DNA of 32,000 nucleotides from Wolbachia endosymbiont of Cimex lectularius (GTDB lineage Bacteria; Pseudomonadota; Alphaproteobacteria; Rickettsiales; Anaplasmataceae): NCBI RefSeq assembly GCF_000829315.1, contig NZ_AP013028.1, positions 810,001 to 842,000 of the forward strand, read 5' to 3'. Shown piece by piece: positions 27,447 to 32,000 of this stretch (position 1 is its first letter; each line of letters starts with the position of its first letter). The notes under the pieces were generated by a model. It saw only the letters and a program-made list of their open reading frames with translations, ran no database searches and was not told where the DNA came from. The position numbers and the translations under genes were made by a program.

Positions 27447-28742
27447 CTACAGCACACAGCTGTACTTGTAGTCCGAAAAGATACTTCTAATCTTATTATA
27501 AGCTTCTTCAAGCTCTGAAGTACTTATTGAATAAGGCGGTAATAAATAAACTGAATTGCCAAGAGGCCTGATTAAAAGCCCCTGCTCTAAAAATTTCATC
27601 TTTAGTGTTTGTGCGCCATGAATATCAAAAGCTGCTATTGTACCAGTCACATGTGCGTGCTGGACGTTCTTACAAGCTTCAGACAAACTTATTAATTCCT
27701 TTTTATGTATATTATGAATCCTCTTAATTGATTCCATGGTATCATGTTTAACTAACAAGTCTAAAGAAGCAATTGCGGCTGCACAACCTAAGGGATTGGC
27801 AGTGTAGGAGTGACCATGAGCAAACGCTTTAGTAAAATGTTCACTTAAAAATGCCAAGTAGACTTCTTCGGTAGTAACTGTGAGAGCAAGTGGGAGAAAA
27901 CCTCCTGTTAATCCTTTAGAGATACATAAAAAATCAGGTATAATTTGAGTTTGTTCGAAAGCAAAGTAAGTACCAGTACGTCCAAAGCCGGTCATGACCT
28001 CATCGCAGATTATCAAAATTCCATGCTGGCGTACTAAATCGACGACTTTTCTAACAAACTCTGGACGGCACATCCTCATGCCACTTGCTCCTTGCACCAA
28101 AGGCTCTAGAATTAATGCAGCAATTTTACGAGAACCAGCACGTAAGTGACCTTCTAACACTTCAAGAGAATGTTTTTCTTTACTTGCTATTTCTTCGTCT
28201 CCATCCCAGGTTTCTGGAAAAGGTACTGTTAAAACAGAAAACAACAGATTTGAAAATGCGTCATGGAAGCCGGACTTAACGCCTACACTCATCGCGCCAA
28301 ATGTATCTCCATGATACCCTCCTTCAAAACTCAGGAAAGTAGTTCTTTCACGGTTACCTTGATTCCACCAATACTGATAGGCCATTTTTAGTGCTACCTC
28401 AACGGCAGTAGAACCATTGTCTGAAAAGAAAAATCTAGATAATTTATCTGGTAATAAAGTTTTCAACTTTTCACAAAGCGTTACTGCAGGCTCATGGGTA
28501 AACCCTGCAAAAATTACATGTTCCAAAGTCATGCTTTGCTCATATATAGCCTGAGCGATCTTGGGATGGGCGTGACCGTGCAGGTTTACCCACCAACTGG
28601 AAATCAGATCCAGGTATGGTTTGCTATTTTCATCATAAAGATATGACCCATGAGCTTTCTTAATTGCAATTGGAAGTTTGGCTACTTTTTCTTGCGTAAA
28701 AGGATGCCATATGATTTTTCTGTCGCGTTCGCTTAAATTCAT
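27447..28742 (-). CDS. bioA: Adenosylmethionine-8-amino-7-oxononanoate aminotransferase
   Basis: 431 aa class III aminotransferase, with IWHPFTQ at the N-terminus, DEVMTGFGRTG and a SKGLTGG PLP-lysine context. Confidence 0.92.
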   Translation of the reverse strand: MNLSERDRKIIWHPFTQEKVAKLPIAIKKAHGSYLYDENSKPYLDLISSWWVNLHGHAHPKIAQAIYEQSMTLEHVIFAGFTHEPAVTLCEKLKTLLPDKLSRFFFSDNGSTAVEVALKMAYQYWWNQGNRERTTFLSFEGGYHGDTFGAMSVGVKSGFHDAFSNLLFSVLTVPFPETWDGDEEIASKEKHSLEVLEGHLRAGSRKIAALILEPLVQGASGMRMCRPEFVRKVVDLVRQHGILIICDEVMTGFGRTGTYFAFEQTQIIPDFLCISKGLTGGFLPLALTVTTEEVYLAFLSEHFTKAFAHGHSYTANPLGCAAAIASLDLLVKHDTMESIKRIHNIHKKELISLSEACKNVQHAHVTGTIAAFDIHGAQTLKMKFLEQGLLIRPLGNSVYLLPPYSISTSELEEAYNKIRSIFSDYKYSCVL

Positions 28743-29350
28743 TGTTCTAAGATAGCTTTTAATCGATTTGAGAGTGGTGTTTGAATCAGATGTTCTCTAT
28801 CAACTTGTTGCAGTTTAGGTACTGATGCTAACACCTGTACTCTACCATAAAATTCTATTGCTTCAAGATTATCTTGACTAAGTAGTCCATTTAAGATCAC
28901 CCCCAAAATAGGAATATTTCTAGCACGTAGCGCTTCTAAGCTGAGCAATGTGTGATTAATTGTGCCAAGTGTAGACCTTGCAACTAAAATTGTTGGAATG
29001 GCGAGTTTTTTGATTAAATCGACCATTAGTGTGGTTTTATTGATTGGAACTAAAACTCCTCCAGCACCCTCTATGATTAAGTTATGTGTTTTGGACAAGC
29101 TAATCCTATCGATATTAATGCTATCATTCTCCAGCGACGCTGCCAAGTGGGGAGATAGGGGTCTTTTATAAACAAAATTTTCTTTATAAACGTTGGCGTT
29201 AGTCAAATTGCTTATTTGATGACTATCTGTACCTAGAATACTTCCAGTTTGGATGGGTTTGAAATACGAATACCCAGTGTGTAGGCAGAGCCAACTGCTT
29301 ATAGTAGTCTTACCAACGTCGGTATCTGTTCCTGTTACAAAGATCTGCAT
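28739..29350 (-). CDS. bioD: Dethiobiotin synthetase
   Basis: 203 aa with the P-loop FVTGTDTDVGKT and EGAGG. It overlaps bioA by 4 nt. Confidence 0.9.
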   Translation of the reverse strand: MQIFVTGTDTDVGKTTISSWLCLHTGYSYFKPIQTGSILGTDSHQISNLTNANVYKENFVYKRPLSPHLAASLENDSINIDRISLSKTHNLIIEGAGGVLVPINKTTLMVDLIKKLAIPTILVARSTLGTINHTLLSLEALRARNIPILGVILNGLLSQDNLEAIEFYGRVQVLASVPKLQQVDREHLIQTPLSNRLKAILEQ

Positions 29351-30093
29351 CTACTTAAAACTCCAAAAAATACTTTATAGGTAACATTAATCTTGCCAGT
29401 ATAGGTTTTAACGATCTTCCTTAGATCAGACAGAGGAATTGTTTGGCTACTTAAATTTGCTCCCAAATTTTTAAGATATTTGATAAATTCACTTGCGCTT
29501 GGAAAACACAATGTAAATTCTTGCGAGTCGAAAAAATATTTTTTTGGCTTCAGGTGAAGTAAATAGCTTTCTAATTCTTGTTTAGATGGATACTGATGAG
29601 TTGGTGCAGGTAATAAGGATTTTGTAAAGACTCTAGACCATTCATTAAATGTACCATCCAGTAAACACGAAAAAACAAAGACATTTGAGTTATTGTATGA
29701 TTCCTTTATCATCTTTTTTAAATTGCGCACCCATTGCACTGCTAGGTTTGAAATGGTAAGATCGTGAAAGCCAAAGTCTAGTGCTTCCATGTCGCCTAAG
29801 ATGAATGCAACTTCCTTATACACCGCTAATTTTTCTTTTGTTTTCGCCAACATACTGGGTGATATGTCATTTAAAGTGAACTTGCTTTGCGGAAAGAAAC
29901 TAAACAAAATTTCTGGAATGTAGCCTGTACCTGTACCCAAATCTAAAATAGATTGTGGATGAAATTCAGGAAAACAACTTTTTAACAAATTGACTAGCTT
30001 TGCAGCACATTCTTTTTGGACAAAAGCTACATTATCATAAGACGAGCTTGCTCTGTTAAAATTGTCCTGTATGTATCTCTTTTGTAATTCCAT
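29335..30093 (-). CDS. bioC: Malonyl-ACP O-methyltransferase
   Basis: 252 aa with FNRASSSYDNVAFVQ and the SAM-binding ILDLGTGTG motif. It overlaps bioD by 16 nt. Confidence 0.85.
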   Translation of the reverse strand: MELQKRYIQDNFNRASSSYDNVAFVQKECAAKLVNLLKSCFPEFHPQSILDLGTGTGYIPEILFSFFPQSKFTLNDISPSMLAKTKEKLAVYKEVAFILGDMEALDFGFHDLTISNLAVQWVRNLKKMIKESYNNSNVFVFSCLLDGTFNEWSRVFTKSLLPAPTHQYPSKQELESYLLHLKPKKYFFDSQEFTLCFPSASEFIKYLKNLGANLSSQTIPLSDLRKIVKTYTGKINVTYKVFFGVLSRCRSL

Positions 30094-30709
30094 TACAAAA
30101 ACTTATAATTTGCTCGTACACAAAATGATATTCACATAACCCTAGACTATGGTAACCTCTGCTATGCATAACAACTTTAACATCTTTATTGAAGTTATCA
30201 TAGATAAGTTCCTGGGGTACAATTGTATCATTTGTTGCACCTAATATTAATAGTGGTATGTGTGGTAGCTGATGTACTGTGGTGAGTAGCTCTAAATCTT
30301 GCATTAGTTTTGCTTTATTCAACCGATTGAAAGAGTTGTAGTTTAAGCCGCATCTTTTATGGAAGGACATCAGGGTATCTACTGGATCCATTTGAAAGTG
30401 CTGTATCATTGCTTTTAGCTCTAACTTGCGTTTTTTGTGTAACCATAAATCAAATCCCAAAAAATTGATAAAAGCTTGTATACCGATAAGTGCGTTAAAT
30501 TTTACATTCAAGGAAGCTAGTTTTATCAGTCCAAGGGAATGTCCAATACCAATAAATGTACTATCTTCTGGTAAGTTCAAATTTTCTTCTCCAAAGTAAC
30601 CAAGATCTAAACAATGGCAGGGAACTTGAGAGAAATATTTATTTATGAGAGGTTGAAAAAACTTATAATCAAACCCCCAACCGTGACAAAACACAAAGCG
30701 ATAGTTCAT
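30056..30709 (-). CDS. bioH: Pimeloyl-ACP methyl ester esterase (alpha/beta hydrolase)
   Basis: 217 aa with the nucleophile elbow GHSLG and a position between bioF and bioC. It overlaps bioC by 38 nt and bioF by 4 nt. Confidence 0.75.
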   Translation of the reverse strand: MNYRFVFCHGWGFDYKFFQPLINKYFSQVPCHCLDLGYFGEENLNLPEDSTFIGIGHSLGLIKLASLNVKFNALIGIQAFINFLGFDLWLHKKRKLELKAMIQHFQMDPVDTLMSFHKRCGLNYNSFNRLNKAKLMQDLELLTTVHQLPHIPLLILGATNDTIVPQELIYDNFNKDVKVVMHSRGYHSLGLCEYHFVYEQIISFCNGITKEIHTGQF

Positions 30710-31899
30710 ATTTGCTGAAGAGCATGCACTAAATGGTTTAGGTTGTTTTCAGTGTGATTCACATTGAGTGCAATGCGCAATCTTGACGTTCCAGGCGAAA
30801 CAGTAGGTGGGCGTATAGCAGAAACAACCAACCCTTGTTTCAAAAGCTTTTCTTTTGCACTCATTACAATATTTTCATCACCTAGAATTATTGGTATAAT
30901 GTGTGTGACTGAATCACCTGTATTAAATCCAAGATTTTGCAAATTATTTCTTAAACTTGCAGCTTTAAAAGATAAAGCCTGGCGTTGATCAGCAAGATGT
31001 TGCACTAAATCCCAAGCCTTGGCTGCTGCACCAATTACCATTGGAGAAAGAGAGGTTGAATAGATAAACCCTGGACATTTGTTGATTAGGTAATTCTTTA
31101 TAACATTAGAACAAGCAACATACGCGCCAAAGCACCCTAGGGCTTTACTAAAAGTGCCTAAGATTAAATGTGGAATTTCCTGAAGATTAATGCTGGTAGA
31201 TAAGCCATACCCATTGTGACCAATAATACCTGTTGCATGAGCTTCATCTAAATATAGAAAAGCTTCATGTTCTTTGCTCAGAGCAAAAATTTTTTCTATT
31301 GGTGCGATGTCTCCGTCCATACCAAAGATTGTTTCAGTAACAATGAACTTTGGTCTTAAGTCATTTTTGAATTTTGTAAGTAAATTGCTTAAGTGATCTG
31401 CATCATTGTGTTGATATCGTACAAGTTCAGCGTTGCTCAAAAATACAGCTTGATATAAGCTTGCATGATTTAACTTATCAAAAAAAACAATAGGTTTGTT
31501 ACCAAGCACTGATTGATCGAGTAGGCTTGCAAGAACCGTTACATTGGCCTGAAAACCTGAATTGAAAATAAGAACTGACTCAGTTCCTTTGTCTTGGGCA
31601 ATTCTCTTCTCAAGGTCTTCAAATATTTTTTTATTACCTGAGAGCAACCGAGAACCAGTGGATCCTACTCCAAACTGTGCTCCAGAGAGCTTTGCTGCAT
31701 CAAACAGTGCTTCCGACTGACTTAGACCAAGATAATCGTTGGTAGAAAAGTCAATGAAGCTCCCCAAGATAGCTTTCGGCAACTGTCGATATTTTCCTTT
31801 ACTTTGTAGTATATTACAGTATTTATTATATAACAATCTATTTACCAAGAAGGAGCTTAGATCATGACAGAAGAATGGACTTTTGCCAAGGCAGACCAA
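30706..31899 (-). CDS. bioF: 8-amino-7-oxononanoate synthase
   Basis: FSTNDYLGLS, DEAHATG and a TFSKALG PLP-lysine context. The start is uncertain: there is no in-frame ATG, and the candidates are TTG at 31899, 31848 or 31836. Confidence 0.88.
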   Translation of the reverse strand: MVCLGKSPFFCHDLSSFLVNRLLYNKYCNILQSKGKYRQLPKAILGSFIDFSTNDYLGLSQSEALFDAAKLSGAQFGVGSTGSRLLSGNKKIFEDLEKRIAQDKGTESVLIFNSGFQANVTVLASLLDQSVLGNKPIVFFDKLNHASLYQAVFLSNAELVRYQHNDADHLSNLLTKFKNDLRPKFIVTETIFGMDGDIAPIEKIFALSKEHEAFLYLDEAHATGIIGHNGYGLSTSINLQEIPHLILGTFSKALGCFGAYVACSNVIKNYLINKCPGFIYSTSLSPMVIGAAAKAWDLVQHLADQRQALSFKAASLRNNLQNLGFNTGDSVTHIIPIILGDENIVMSAKEKLLKQGLVVSAIRPPTVSPGTSRLRIALNVNHTENNLNHLVHALQQI

Positions 31900-32000
31900 A
31901 TCTTTAATTTTCCGTTTCCTGAGCTAATTTATATAGCACAAACAGAACATAGAAAGCAGTTTAATCCTAGTGAAGTGCAAATTAGTACGCTTTTGAGTAT
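31864..32000 (+). CDS. bioB: Biotin synthase (5' part, runs off window)
   Basis: ATG at 31864 with AAGGAG 8 nt upstream. MTEEWTFAKADQIFNFPFPELIYIAQTEHRKQFNPSEVQISTLLS matches the BioB N-terminus just before the radical-SAM CxxxCxxC motif. Confidence 0.85.
   Translation, partial: MTEEWTFAKADQIFNFPFPELIYIAQTEHRKQFNPSEVQISTLLS

Noticed and set aside
27284-27511. 75-aa ORF overlapping the 3' end of bioA
   Set aside because: Its N-terminal third is the antisense-free overlap with bioA in another frame. Only the distal 53 or so codons look like protein (an IS630-like C-terminus), and they have no start. It is treated as a relic.
1-32000. CRISPR arrays, tRNA, rRNA and tmRNA
   Set aside because: By eye I found no short direct repeats with unique spacers, no tRNA-like T-arm or acceptor signatures, and no rRNA-like blocks. 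A tRNAscan or Infernal run would be needed to exclude small RNAs formally.

Overview
AT-rich accessory region that looks like a Wolbachia-type (Rickettsiales) endosymbiont chromosome. This is an inference from gene content: many ankyrin (ANK) genes, Rpn/PD-(D/E)XK paralogues, a phage-WO-like large serine recombinase, and a biotin operon in the order bioB | bioF-H-C-D-A. No database search was possible. Mobile DNA dominates. There are five near-identical copies of an 859-861 bp two-ORF IS5-family element (265-1125, 8629-9489, 12027-12886, 15567-16425, 25584-26443), each flanked by a 3-bp TAA or TTA duplication. There is also a decayed IS4/Tn5-like element (21335-22846), IS630-like relics, a group II intron domain V relic (14022-14156), and three Rpn-family copies in different states of decay. 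Housekeeping islands are miaA and pheS-glmU. Intact cargo comprises the complete biotin operon (27447 to window end), a 997-aa ANK protein with an unassigned C-terminal region of about 430 aa, and two tandem ANK genes beside an orphan serine recombinase. Main hunt results follow. (1) Four IS insertions can be removed in silico, with one copy of the target duplication, to restore uninterrupted frames. The most notable restores a 749-codon gene (unknown N-terminal region of about 300 aa plus 11 tandem 37-aa ANK-like repeats), which lies divergent to the 997-aa ANK gene. (2) One IS junction joins a truncated thiamine pyrophosphokinase in frame to an ANK gene. (3) The IS carries two homopolymer switches, an A8 recoding site and an A8/A9 polymorphic tract. 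(4) One IS copy has a tandem terminal repeat, explicable by collapse of a nested head-to-head insertion. (5) There is a canonical 34-nt group II intron domain V inside a 135-bp element bounded by inverted repeats. I found no CRISPR array, tRNA or rRNA. I could not recognise any named defence or toxin system. The candidate novel locus (14.2-20.8 kb) is a hypothesis only.
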